Assembly (NCBI GenBank): GCA_041750795.1
Contig: JBGSYQ010000371.1
Span: 8,253 to 72,252, forward strand
Length of the DNA: 64,000 nucleotides
Direction of reading: 5' to 3'
From: Pirellulales bacterium
Lineage (GTDB): Bacteria; Planctomycetota; Planctomycetia; Pirellulales; PALSA-1355
Position numbers and translations under genes: made by a program. This document shows, in pieces, positions 20,084 to 29,040 of the stretch. The notes below the pieces were generated by a model. That model saw only the letters and a program-made list of their open reading frames with translations. It was not told the origin of the DNA and made no database searches. The stretch's first letter is position 1. The number at the start of each line of letters is the position of its first letter.

Positions 20084-22203
20084 TAGCTGACGCTCAGGTT
20101 CAGCAGGTAGTCGTCCAGCGCTTTGCGCAGCTTGTTTTCTTCGAGCGTGAGCTCGTCGATCTGCTTGCGGCTTTTCTCCACCTGGTCTTCCTGCGTGCCG
20201 AACTTTTCGACGTACCGCTTGTAAAGGTCGGTGTTGCGATCCAACTGGCCCATGTTCTGGCGGATGCGGTTCTGCTCTTGCGTGATGGCGGCCACCTGTT
20301 GCTCCAGCCGGCTACGCTGTTGCACAAGTTGCTGGATGGCTTGCTTGCGCTTGACCACTTCCTGCAGGGCTTCCTTCACCTGCGGGCTGGTTTCCTTGCG
20401 GTTGGTGTAGTAGACGATCATGCCGTCGTCGATGTTCGACAAGGCCAGTTGCTGGCTGATGATCTGCTCTTCCTCGACGTTCAGTGTCACCGGCTTGCCC
20501 GGCTCGGCCTGGACGGCGAACCGATAGCGGTCGCGCGTCTTTTCGGCCGGCTCCTTGGGCGTGACCAGCTTCCAGTTGGCGTCGAAAGGCTGCTCGATCA
20601 GGACGGTCTTGGCCTTGCTGTCGGAGTTCTTCACCGTATAGATCTGCTCGCGCGTAAGCTTGCGGGTGACTTGCATCGTGCCCTTGACGATCTTCACGCT
20701 CACCAGGCTTTCCGGGTGCCCCTTGCTCTCGGGCGCCACTTCGGTCTTCAGGTCGAGCGCATAGCTGATCAGCCGTTCGGCGCCAGGGGCCAGGTCTTCG
20801 ACGATCGCGTCGCCGGCATACGAACCGCCGTCGAACACGGTGATCGGGCCCTGCATCAAGTGCAGGTCGGTCGAATTGACCAGCCGCAGGCCGTTGAGCG
20901 GATGTTCGGCCTGCACGGCCGGGTTATAGATCGAAACTTTCTCGCCTTTGACCGTCTCGTTGACGATTGGCAGCATGGCCGACTTCTGCCGGGCCAGCGT
21001 GACCGGCGTGCCAATGGTGTACTGGAACAGTTCGCCCACTTCGCCGGCCTGAGCCGAGGGCTGGCTACGAATGTACGCGAAGCTATTCTGGGCAGCAGGT
21101 GAGTCTAAATCGACCGTGAAGGCGGGCATATCAGCAGGCGCACCTTCTGCCGCACGACTGCCACGATCGCCCTTTGCCATCGGACGAGCCGCGTCGCCTG
21201 GTACGGCATTTTCCGATCTCGCCAGCAATTGCTCAGCTTCACTCAGATCTTGCCCATAGCGCTGCGCCCGCAGCGATGCAAACAGATTCAGCTTTTCTTC
21301 CGGCCGCTCGACGTACAGTGGCTCATAAAGATCCATGCGATAGGAAATCGGCCGGCCGCTGACCAGCGTTAGCGCCACGTCGTTCCAATCGCCTTCGGTG
21401 GTGTTTTCGACAATGGCCCAGCCTTGCAGGAACGGCGGCTCCTTGTCGTCGAGCACCAGGCGGTAGCTGGTTTTCCAGACGGGCGTCTCTTGGATGTAGC
21501 CCACGCGCACCGGGCGTTTGCCGTTGCCCAGCAGGTTGAGCGTCACGGTTTTTTTGTCGGTGTTGTGGCCGCTGGCCAGTACGGCCAGCGCCTGGCGCAA
21601 TTCCGCGTCGAGTTTTTCGCTGTCCAGCTTGATGCGGCTGATCGATTCCATGGGCACGCTGCGCAATCCGCCGTCGGTCAGCAGGTTAAGAAACTCGACC
21701 TCGACCACCTCATGGTCCTTGCCCACTTCCTTGCGGCGTTTTTCCACTCCCAACAGAATGCCGTCGATGGCATTGGGCGCTTCGACGCTAATACGCTCGC
21801 CGCGCACCTGGTCGAGTATCTGCCCCAGCGTAGGGTTTTCGGTCAGGTCGATGGGGAAGGTTTGCAGCGTCTTGGTGATGGGATCCTTCGAGCCGTAGGT
21901 GACGGTGGAAATGGTGCCGCCGCCGCGGTCTTCCAGAATCATGCTCTTGAGCAGATCGTTGATGTCGTCGACGTTGAATTGCAGCTCGACCTGGGCGTCA
22001 CCGTCGACATCGCCGCGATGCTCGAAATAGCCCACGCCGGAGTTGAACATAATGACGCGATCAAGCGGCAAGGCATCGTTGCCATTGGCGGCCGCCGGCG
22101 CGGCTTCTTGAGCGAATAGCGCCGCCGGTGCGGCCAACAACGTGACCACAGCCAGCGCAACCAGGCCGTGCGATGGTCGGCGCGAGAAATGGTTCGGCTT
22201 CAT
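20083..22203 (-). CDS. DUF4139-like secreted protein with a C-terminal coiled coil
   Basis: Signal peptide LVALAVVTLLAAPAALFA. Beta-rich body resembling the DUF4140/DUF4139 (MuiA-like) family as I remember it. C-terminal heptad-like region (QQLVQQRSRLEQQVAAITQEQNRIRQNMGQL). Start set to ATG 22203, with GGAG 8 nt upstream. Confidence 0.5.
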   Translation of the reverse strand: MKPNHFSRRPSHGLVALAVVTLLAAPAALFAQEAAPAAANGNDALPLDRVIMFNSGVGYFEHRGDVDGDAQVELQFNVDDINDLLKSMILEDRGGGTISTVTYGSKDPITKTLQTFPIDLTENPTLGQILDQVRGERISVEAPNAIDGILLGVEKRRKEVGKDHEVVEVEFLNLLTDGGLRSVPMESISRIKLDSEKLDAELRQALAVLASGHNTDKKTVTLNLLGNGKRPVRVGYIQETPVWKTSYRLVLDDKEPPFLQGWAIVENTTEGDWNDVALTLVSGRPISYRMDLYEPLYVERPEEKLNLFASLRAQRYGQDLSEAEQLLARSENAVPGDAARPMAKGDRGSRAAEGAPADMPAFTVDLDSPAAQNSFAYIRSQPSAQAGEVGELFQYTIGTPVTLARQKSAMLPIVNETVKGEKVSIYNPAVQAEHPLNGLRLVNSTDLHLMQGPITVFDGGSYAGDAIVEDLAPGAERLISYALDLKTEVAPESKGHPESLVSVKIVKGTMQVTRKLTREQIYTVKNSDSKAKTVLIEQPFDANWKLVTPKEPAEKTRDRYRFAVQAEPGKPVTLNVEEEQIISQQLALSNIDDGMIVYYTNRKETSPQVKEALQEVVKRKQAIQQLVQQRSRLEQQVAAITQEQNRIRQNMGQLDRNTDLYKRYVEKFGTQEDQVEKSRKQIDELTLEENKLRKALDDYLLNLSVS

Positions 22204-22463
22204 CGATCTACTCCATAAAGTGTTCCGAGCCACGGCGGGGAAATGGTAGTGGACGTCCCGTGGCGCCTCTTTCGGGTAATTCTAGCTTTTTGGACGCCCC
22301 AGGGGCATGAGAAGTTCCCTCGGGAAAATGCCCCGCGGGCGCCATTCAGGCCGGTCAGCCCATTGAAATCCAGGCTTCAGGCTGTCCGATCTGCATGCCA
22401 GACGTCCGACGGCCGTGTTGACACGCTAAAGCGCGTACTCCCACGGCGTCATGGCAGCCGTTC

Positions 22464-24194
22464 TTACAGGTACCCGCGTACCGTCTCGATGGCCGTGATG
22501 GTGGCCAGCGAGAAGAAGAACACGCCGGACACCAGCAGGCCCGCACGGGCGAACCATCCGGGCCGCAGCGGCTTGGGCAACAGCGTCAGGTTGATGACCA
22601 GCGTGTGCAGGCAGCTAAAGCCCAGGGCAAAGTTCATGATCAGCGTGGCCATCTTCAGCAGTCCCAGCGGCTTGCCGACCGACAAGAGCACCAGCCCCAC
22701 GGCCATGTAGCACAACAGCACCGAGAAATAGACAACTCGAATGCGCTTCGGATCGAGTGCTCGCAGCCGGCGGCTGGACGTCCAAACGACGTCAACCCAG
22801 CGGCGAATGGCGCCGTCGGCCGAGGTGGTCATGCCGGGCCCCAGCACCAGAAAGCCGCACAGCAGCGTCATGTACCAGACGGCCGAGCCGAAGCTCGGCC
22901 CCCAGGCGTCGGAGACGGCCTGGCTCACGCCGTCGGCCGTCATGCCCGCGGCGTACCAGTCGCTGACTTCGGTGCCGCGCGGCAGGAACTGCACGGACAG
23001 CATGCTGGGCAGCGCCATGCCAAGAAAACACGCAGGCATCCAAATGACGAGTTGATCGCGAGCGACGTGGCGCACCCAGCGCCGCCAGCGGACCAGGGAT
23101 TCCTTGGTCACTTTGAACACCATGCCGACGTGTGACAGGCCGATATCGTGGCCGCCGATCATGCTGGGGATCGCGCCCACGTGATGACCCATACCCCAAC
23201 CCTGGTCGCGCGTGTAGTTGCTGATGGGCGTGTTCGACAGGCCGCCGGAACCGGCGATGGCCGTGAACGCGGCCAGCAGCGCAATCGTGCTGAAATCGAT
23301 GTCCGGGAACGGGCGCCCGGTAAACAGGGCCACGAAGATGTTTTCGACTTCGACGACGGGCTTGCCGACAGCGGTGCCTTCGACGGTGAGCGGAAGCCCC
23401 TGGTCCACAACGCCCGATTGGCCGTCGTTGCTGCGGCCCTCGCCGCGATCGAGCACGCGGGCGCCGTTGGCGACTTCGACGCGTTGCACGGGCACGGTGC
23501 CGAACTTGACAAAGCCGGTGAGGATCTCACGCCAGGTGTCGGCCGTGGAAAAGAAGATCGCCAGGAACATGAGGAATCCCAGCACGGTGACGATCTTAAA
23601 GGTCATCAGTGCCTTGAGCGTGTTGTAGATCTTGCCGCCGATGATCATCGGCAGCATCGCCACCAGGAACACGCCGATGCCCAAGCCGCGCACCAGCGGT
23701 TCGTCGCCCACTCCCGAGGGAATTCGACCCAGATAGACCGCCGCCAAGGGCGTGGCCGCATTGGCCGCCAAATAGGGAAACAGGGCGCCAAAGTCGAGCA
23801 GCAAATAGATGAACAGCCAGAAGCGCGGACCCGGCAGCGTGCGAAACTTGCCGGTGAAAATCGGCTCGCCCGTGTAGAGCGCGTAACGGCTGATTTCAAT
23901 GTTGTAGAACACCTGGCCCAGGATGCTGACGGTGGCCAGCCACATCAAGGCGCCGCCGTACTGGGCCGTCACCGCAGGTCCGGCCAGCCACTCTCCGCCG
24001 CCGATGGCCGAGCCGCCCACCAGCAGCCCTGGTCCGAGCATGGCGAACCAGTTTTTCCAGGTGAAGCGCGGCGCATCGACCAGCGCCCCGGCGTTCCACT
24101 GCGGCATCTGGTGCGAGCCGGGCCAGGGGGCCGTAAACGATTCGCTGGTATTCGCGTTGGCTGCGTGCTCGCGCGCAGGTGATGCTTCGGTCAT
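22464..24194 (-). CDS. Nramp-related / LeuT-fold membrane transporter
   Basis: About 11-12 predicted TM segments. The N-terminal motif MLGPGLLVGGSAIGGGEW resembles Nramp-related divalent metal transporters. Start uncertain (ATG 24194 or 24269). Confidence 0.5.
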   Translation of the reverse strand: MTEASPAREHAANANTSESFTAPWPGSHQMPQWNAGALVDAPRFTWKNWFAMLGPGLLVGGSAIGGGEWLAGPAVTAQYGGALMWLATVSILGQVFYNIEISRYALYTGEPIFTGKFRTLPGPRFWLFIYLLLDFGALFPYLAANAATPLAAVYLGRIPSGVGDEPLVRGLGIGVFLVAMLPMIIGGKIYNTLKALMTFKIVTVLGFLMFLAIFFSTADTWREILTGFVKFGTVPVQRVEVANGARVLDRGEGRSNDGQSGVVDQGLPLTVEGTAVGKPVVEVENIFVALFTGRPFPDIDFSTIALLAAFTAIAGSGGLSNTPISNYTRDQGWGMGHHVGAIPSMIGGHDIGLSHVGMVFKVTKESLVRWRRWVRHVARDQLVIWMPACFLGMALPSMLSVQFLPRGTEVSDWYAAGMTADGVSQAVSDAWGPSFGSAVWYMTLLCGFLVLGPGMTTSADGAIRRWVDVVWTSSRRLRALDPKRIRVVYFSVLLCYMAVGLVLLSVGKPLGLLKMATLIMNFALGFSCLHTLVINLTLLPKPLRPGWFARAGLLVSGVFFFSLATITAIETVRGYL

Positions 24195-24535
24195 GGCGGA
24201 TGCCTCTTGCGGGTTTCCACTTCGTGCGGCATCCGTCGCCCCCAGGAGTCTCTCCGTCGTTGGGAGCAAGCCCCCGAGCGAATGGGAAATCGTTTGGGAC
24301 AGTTCCCCGGCTCGCTCACGCCCCTGTCCCGGCGGAACTCACGCGCCCGCGCGGCCAGAAGCACCCGGCGCGATCGCATCCACGCGATGCGCCCCGCTTG
24401 GTGTCTACCTGCCAACCACGTGTATAACCGGCCGTTCAGCCGCCGTCTACCGCCAAAAAGGGCGGCGTTGCCGTAACCGCCTCGGTATAAATCAGCAACG
24501 GGTTCGCAGGCAGGCACCCGGCCGTTGGCCAACGA

Positions 24536-25114
24536 TTACCGGTGCGAGCGTTCCATGCCGAAGTTCAACTGGAGCTGCGGGTCCTTCTCGGCCTCGGGGT
24601 TCAATTCCTTGAACAGCAGGCTGGGCTGGATGTCGCGGTTGTGTTGATACTTCTCACTGGCGTACTCGGTGATCGCGCCGGTGATCTCGTGATAGAAAAT
24701 CTGGCAGATTGGCACGCCCGCATAGATGCGCACCGGCTGCACGGCGAACATCTCCAGCGTCCAGTATCCGCAAAATCCCACGTCGCCAAAGCCGGCGGTG
24801 ACGTGTACGAACAGCCCCAGCCGCCCGACCGATGAGCGCCCTTCGATCATCGGCACCAGGTTGTGCGTCTCGGTGCGCTCGACCGTGCGACCCAGGTATA
24901 GTTGATTAGGGCCCAGGATCAGTCCTTCGGGCGGAATGGTCAGGCGGCGCACGCGATTGGCCTTGGCCATGTCGAGCACCACTTCTTCATACACCATCAG
25001 CTCGTTGTGCAGCGTCAGGTTGTAGCTGTTGGGATTCAGATTCTCGTTGACGAACGGGTCGATGACGATGTTCGCTCCCAGGTGCTCGAGAATCTGGTGG
25101 CCGGAGAGGATCAT
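24536..25114 (-). CDS. dcd: dCTP deaminase
   Basis: 192 aa. Typical Dcd N-terminus MILSGHQILEHLG and the motifs NSYNLTL and EGRSSVGRLGL. Confidence 0.9.
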   Translation of the reverse strand: MILSGHQILEHLGANIVIDPFVNENLNPNSYNLTLHNELMVYEEVVLDMAKANRVRRLTIPPEGLILGPNQLYLGRTVERTETHNLVPMIEGRSSVGRLGLFVHVTAGFGDVGFCGYWTLEMFAVQPVRIYAGVPICQIFYHEITGAITEYASEKYQHNRDIQPSLLFKELNPEAEKDPQLQLNFGMERSHR

Positions 25115-25117
25115 GGG

Positions 25118-25813
25118 TCACCTGGCGGTTGAGGGTTTCGCGGCGCGCCGGCGTGCCGCCGTGCCGTCGAGAACGCCAAACTTCGGACACAGCGCGTCGA
25201 GCGGGCATTGGTCGCACTTTGGCTTGCGCGCCTGGCAAATCTGCCGGCCATGCGCAATCATGCGGTGGGAGAAGTCGATCCACTCGCGCTTGGGCAGCAC
25301 GGCCATCAAGTCGCGTTCGATCTTCACTGCGTCGGTTTGCCGGGTCAGGCCCAGCCGCTTGCTGAGCCGCGCCACGTGCGTATCGACCACCACGCCGGTG
25401 GGAATGCCGTAAGCGGTGCCCAGCACCACGTTGGCCGTCTTGCGGCCCACGCCGGGCAGCTTGACCAGCGTGTCGAGGTCTTGCGGCACCTGGCCGTCGT
25501 GCTCCGCCACCAGCCGCTGGCAGCAGCCGGCAATGCTCTTGGCCTTGTTACGAAAGAAGCCGGTGCTTTGTATGGCCCGTTCCAGTTCGTCCCGCCTGGC
25601 CGTGGCGTAGGCCGCGGGACTCGAAAACCGCCGGAACAGATCCTGGGTGACGATGTTTACCCGTGTGTCGGTGCATTGGGCCGAGAGGATGGTGGCGATC
25701 AGCAGCTCGAAGGGCGAGCTGAAGTTGAGCGCGCAGTTCACGTCGGGATACGCCGCCTTGAGCCGCCTGACGATCCGTGCGGCATGGCGTTTTGCGTCGG
25801 CAGTCGCAACCAT
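25118..25813 (-). CDS. nth: Endonuclease III (DNA-(apurinic/apyrimidinic site) lyase)
   Basis: HhH-GPD motif LPGVGRKTANVVL and the C-terminal 4Fe-4S cluster motif CQARKPKCDQCPLDALC. Only 3 nt before dcd. Confidence 0.92.
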   Translation of the reverse strand: MVATADAKRHAARIVRRLKAAYPDVNCALNFSSPFELLIATILSAQCTDTRVNIVTQDLFRRFSSPAAYATARRDELERAIQSTGFFRNKAKSIAGCCQRLVAEHDGQVPQDLDTLVKLPGVGRKTANVVLGTAYGIPTGVVVDTHVARLSKRLGLTRQTDAVKIERDLMAVLPKREWIDFSHRMIAHGRQICQARKPKCDQCPLDALCPKFGVLDGTAARRRAAKPSTAR

Positions 25814-25986
25814 GCGTGGCCTGGCGGTTGGAGACGAGACGAGAGCGCGCGAAACACTGGCCCGGCAAGACGCATCCGACCGCGCCGAGCGACCTGATTT
25901 TCTCGGATCGCGAGGGTGGGTGTCAAGTATCGGTGAAAGTGGGCGAATTCGCGCGGTTTCGCGCCGTAGTCATTGCGATCACAAGC

Positions 25987-26760
25987 TCATGCCAGCCGAA
26001 ACAGCGCCCTTGCATTGGCCGTTGTCTGCTCGGCGAACTCTGCGGACGATTGCCCGCGAACTGCGGCCAGACAGTGGGCTGTGTGTACTACGTTGGCCGG
26101 CTCGTTGCGCTTGCCGCGCAGCGGATGGGGCGAGAGGTATGGGCTGTCGGTTTCCACCAGGATGCGGTCGGTCGGAATGCTGGCCGCCACGGTGCGCAGC
26201 GCGTCGGACGTCTTGAAGGTCACCATGCCGGCGAAGCTGATGTGCAGGCCCAGGGCGACGCATTCGGCGGCCGTCTCGGCAGTTCCGGTGAAGGAGTGCA
26301 TGATGCCGCGCAAGGGGCCGCGCTGGCGCGCCTCGCGGAGCATGGCCAGCACGTCGGCATCGCTTTCGCGCGTATGCACCACGAACGGCAGATCGCGCTG
26401 TTGCGCCAACCGCAGGTGCCGGTCAAAATAGTCCTGCTGCACCTCGAACGGGGCATAGTCCCAGTGGCGATCGAGCCCCGTTTCGCCGATGCCCACGACC
26501 TTGGGCCGATCGACCAGCGCCATCACGCGGTCCCAATCGCCGGCGGCGATTTGGGCCGTGTAGTTCGGCTGAATGCCAACGGCGGCATACACGCCTTGAT
26601 GCGCAGCGGCCAACGCCGCCACGGCCTCGCTTGAGGGGCCCGTAACGCCGATGGCCACGATGGCTTCGACGCCGGCTGCATGCGCCCGCTCGATCACGGC
26701 CTCGCGATCGGCGTCGAACTCTTCCTGGTCGAGATGCGCGTGCGTGTCGATGAGTCGCAT
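25987..26760 (-). CDS. tatD: TatD family metal-dependent hydrolase/DNase
   Basis: MRLIDTHAHLD N-terminus, plus HTRES and ETDSPYL motifs. Confidence 0.9.
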   Translation of the reverse strand: MRLIDTHAHLDQEEFDADREAVIERAHAAGVEAIVAIGVTGPSSEAVAALAAAHQGVYAAVGIQPNYTAQIAAGDWDRVMALVDRPKVVGIGETGLDRHWDYAPFEVQQDYFDRHLRLAQQRDLPFVVHTRESDADVLAMLREARQRGPLRGIMHSFTGTAETAAECVALGLHISFAGMVTFKTSDALRTVAASIPTDRILVETDSPYLSPHPLRGKRNEPANVVHTAHCLAAVRGQSSAEFAEQTTANARALFRLA

Positions 26761-26834
26761 GGGATGCCGGCGCGCACTGGCGCGATGCCAGCGCCACCCG
26801 GTCGCTAGTGAAAAACTGCCGGCGCGGGAGCGCT

Positions 26835-27287
26835 TTACGGCACCATCCAGGTTACCTTGGACGCGCCCAACTCGTCGGCCAGTTCTTCGAGTGTTTCCAG
26901 TTGGGCGCGCAGCGTGCCCAACGTCTCTTCCGCCAACATGGCGGCCGGGCGATGGGCTTGCAACTGGTCAACGATGCGCTCCACCTTGGCGATGTCGCGC
27001 TGCTGATACTCGACCAGCTTGCGCAGCAGGTAGTCGAGCGCCAGATCGTGCATGTCGTAGTATTCGACCGGATAGTCGCCGACGGTCGTGGGGCCGATTT
27101 CGAGCACTTGCTCGGCGACGCGGTTGGCCAGCGCCTGCTGCTCGTCGACGATGCGCCGCAGGGCGGCCGCGGCCTTGTCATCGCCGTTGCGCGTCCAGGG
27201 CGCTGCGTAGCTCAAGTAGTTCGGCATCGAGCGCTCCAACACCGTCAGCAACTGATTGAGCGCATCGTGTATGGCGCGTCGGTCCAT
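26835..27287 (-). CDS. Hypothetical helical protein (150 aa) immediately downstream of nuoN
   Basis: Clean ORF with gene-like composition, 31 nt after the nuoN stop on the same strand. No family recognised; possibly a DinB/ferritin-like four-helix protein, but that is a guess. Confidence 0.5.
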   Translation of the reverse strand: MDRRAIHDALNQLLTVLERSMPNYLSYAAPWTRNGDDKAAAALRRIVDEQQALANRVAEQVLEIGPTTVGDYPVEYYDMHDLALDYLLRKLVEYQQRDIAKVERIVDQLQAHRPAAMLAEETLGTLRAQLETLEELADELGASKVTWMVP

Positions 27288-27318
27288 GCGTCGTCGGCGA
27301 TCTGTGGAAGGAGCGAAG

Positions 27319-29031
27319 TTAGAAAAGTTGTGCGCTGGCGGCCAAAGTCCATTCGTTCAACTGGTTCCAGGCCAGCCCCAGCAGCACGACCGGCACCGTG
27401 ATGGCCACAATGTACGTGCCCGGGATGAAGGTGATTTCGGCGGGGCGGACCTGCTCGGGTTCGGAGTCGATCGTCATGATCTTCACGACCCGCAGATAAT
27501 AGTACAGGCTGATGGCGGTGTTCAAGCCGGCAACCACGAGCACGGTCCACAGCTTGGCCTGCACCAGCGAATAGAAAATCAATAGCTTGCCCGCGAAACC
27601 GGCCAAGGGGGGCAGGCCGATCAGGCTGATCAGGATAATGGCGAAGCAAATGGTGGTGACCGGCGCACGGCGGATCAGTCCGGCATAATCGGCGATCTCT
27701 TCGCTGTGCAGTTCGTTGCGCAACAGCGCCACGATGGCGAACGCCCCGAGGTTCATGAACAAGTAGACGCCTGCATAGAAGGCCAGCGCCGCCAACGCTT
27801 CGCGCGCGGCCACCGGATCGTGTCCGGCCAGCACCATGGCCGCCGGCACGGGCATCATCATGTAGCCGGCCTGGGCGATCGTCGAATAAGCCAACAGCCG
27901 CTTGATGTTCGTCTGGCCATAGGCCGCCAGGTTGCCGAACGTGCAAGTAATGATCGCGACGAAAGCCAGCAATCTCCAGATGAACTCGCGGGCCGGGGCG
28001 AGCGAAGCGATTCGATCGTCGCGAACCTTTGCGGCCTCCTCGGCTGCGGGCTGCACGGTGGTCTGACTGGCCAGCCTGATCGCGTTTGAGGCCGCGCTGA
28101 TCTGTTCCGCCGGCGCGACGATGGCAACCGCTGGAGGTTCGACGACGGTTTGCGGAATGGTGCCAAAGCCGATCGCCACCCGGGCCAACAGCGCCAATGC
28201 GGCGGCCTTCGATGCGACGCTCAAGAATGCGTTCACTTCGGCCGAGGCCCCTTCGAACACGTCGGGACACCAGAAATGGAACGGCACGGCCGAGAGCTTG
28301 AAAGCGATGCCCACCATCAGCATCATTCCGCCCAGGGCGAGCACCATGTACGAATCGGCGCCGATTTGTTGCTCGCCGCCGGCCGACTGCAGCAGCTCGG
28401 CCAGGCGCACCGCCATCGTGGGAATGTGGAGGCTGCCCAGCAAGCCTGCCAGCAGACTGATGCCATAGAGCATGATGCCCGCGGTTCCCGCACCATAGAC
28501 GGCGTACTTCAGCGCCGCTTCGCTGCTGGTGCGGCGGCCCTTGAGAATGCCCGCCAGCGCGAACGACGGCACGCTGGCCATCTCAACGCCCAGAAAAACC
28601 ATCAGCATCTGGTTGGCCGACGCCATCAGGCACATGCCCAACGTGGCGCCCAGCACCAGGGGGTAAACGTCCGGCGCGGCATCGCGATCTGGAATGCCGG
28701 AGATGCGCGTGAAGATGGTGAACAACACCAGGAAAAAGAACAACAGCGTGCGAAAGTAAACCGTGAACGAATCGTAGACCAGCAAGCCCGTGAAGAGCTC
28801 GGAGGATTGTGCGACTTCGTTCCAGGGTCCGGCCAGATAGAGCGCGGTGGCCGAGCCGGCCAGCGCCAGCCAGAACGCGTCGAGGCGCGCCGTCAAGCCC
28901 GGAATGCGCGTCAGCAGGATCAACACGATCGTGACGCACAGCACCAGCTCGCCTTGAAACCCGGCGGTGCTGCGGATCGTATCGGCGATCAGCGCTTGAA
29001 TCAGTTCGTAAAACGGATGTTCAGTGGGCAC
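27319..29031 (-). CDS. nuoN: NADH-quinone oxidoreductase subunit N (with an internal Ala/Pro-rich insertion)
   Basis: Antiporter-like subunit with a NuoN-type N-terminus and position at the end of the nuo array. At 570 aa it is longer than the roughly 480 aa usual. The extra segment is PQTVVEPPAVAIVAPAEQISAASNAIRLASQTTVQPAAEEAAKVRDD. Confidence 0.85.
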   Translation of the reverse strand: MPTEHPFYELIQALIADTIRSTAGFQGELVLCVTIVLILLTRIPGLTARLDAFWLALAGSATALYLAGPWNEVAQSSELFTGLLVYDSFTVYFRTLLFFFLVLFTIFTRISGIPDRDAAPDVYPLVLGATLGMCLMASANQMLMVFLGVEMASVPSFALAGILKGRRTSSEAALKYAVYGAGTAGIMLYGISLLAGLLGSLHIPTMAVRLAELLQSAGGEQQIGADSYMVLALGGMMLMVGIAFKLSAVPFHFWCPDVFEGASAEVNAFLSVASKAAALALLARVAIGFGTIPQTVVEPPAVAIVAPAEQISAASNAIRLASQTTVQPAAEEAAKVRDDRIASLAPAREFIWRLLAFVAIITCTFGNLAAYGQTNIKRLLAYSTIAQAGYMMMPVPAAMVLAGHDPVAAREALAALAFYAGVYLFMNLGAFAIVALLRNELHSEEIADYAGLIRRAPVTTICFAIILISLIGLPPLAGFAGKLLIFYSLVQAKLWTVLVVAGLNTAISLYYYLRVVKIMTIDSEPEQVRPAEITFIPGTYIVAITVPVVLLGLAWNQLNEWTLAASAQLF

Positions 29032-29040
29032 GTTGGATCG

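Noticed and set aside
24370-24377. Recurrent GCGATCGC octamers (for example near 1088, 2634, 5223, 24370, 49213), reminiscent of HIP1-type palindromes.
   Set aside because: In DNA this GC-rich the octamer is expected fairly often. I cannot compute enrichment by eye, so this is not reported as a finding.
24195-24535. Roughly 340-nt leader upstream of the Nramp-like transporter, considered as a possible metal (Mn2+, yybP-ykoY type) riboswitch.
   Set aside because: It contains several GC-rich stems, but I could not find the conserved motifs I remember for the Mn2+ or NiCo riboswitches. Part of the region is needed for dcd termination and the transporter promoter, and the true start codon (24194 or 24269) is uncertain. 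An Rfam scan would settle it.
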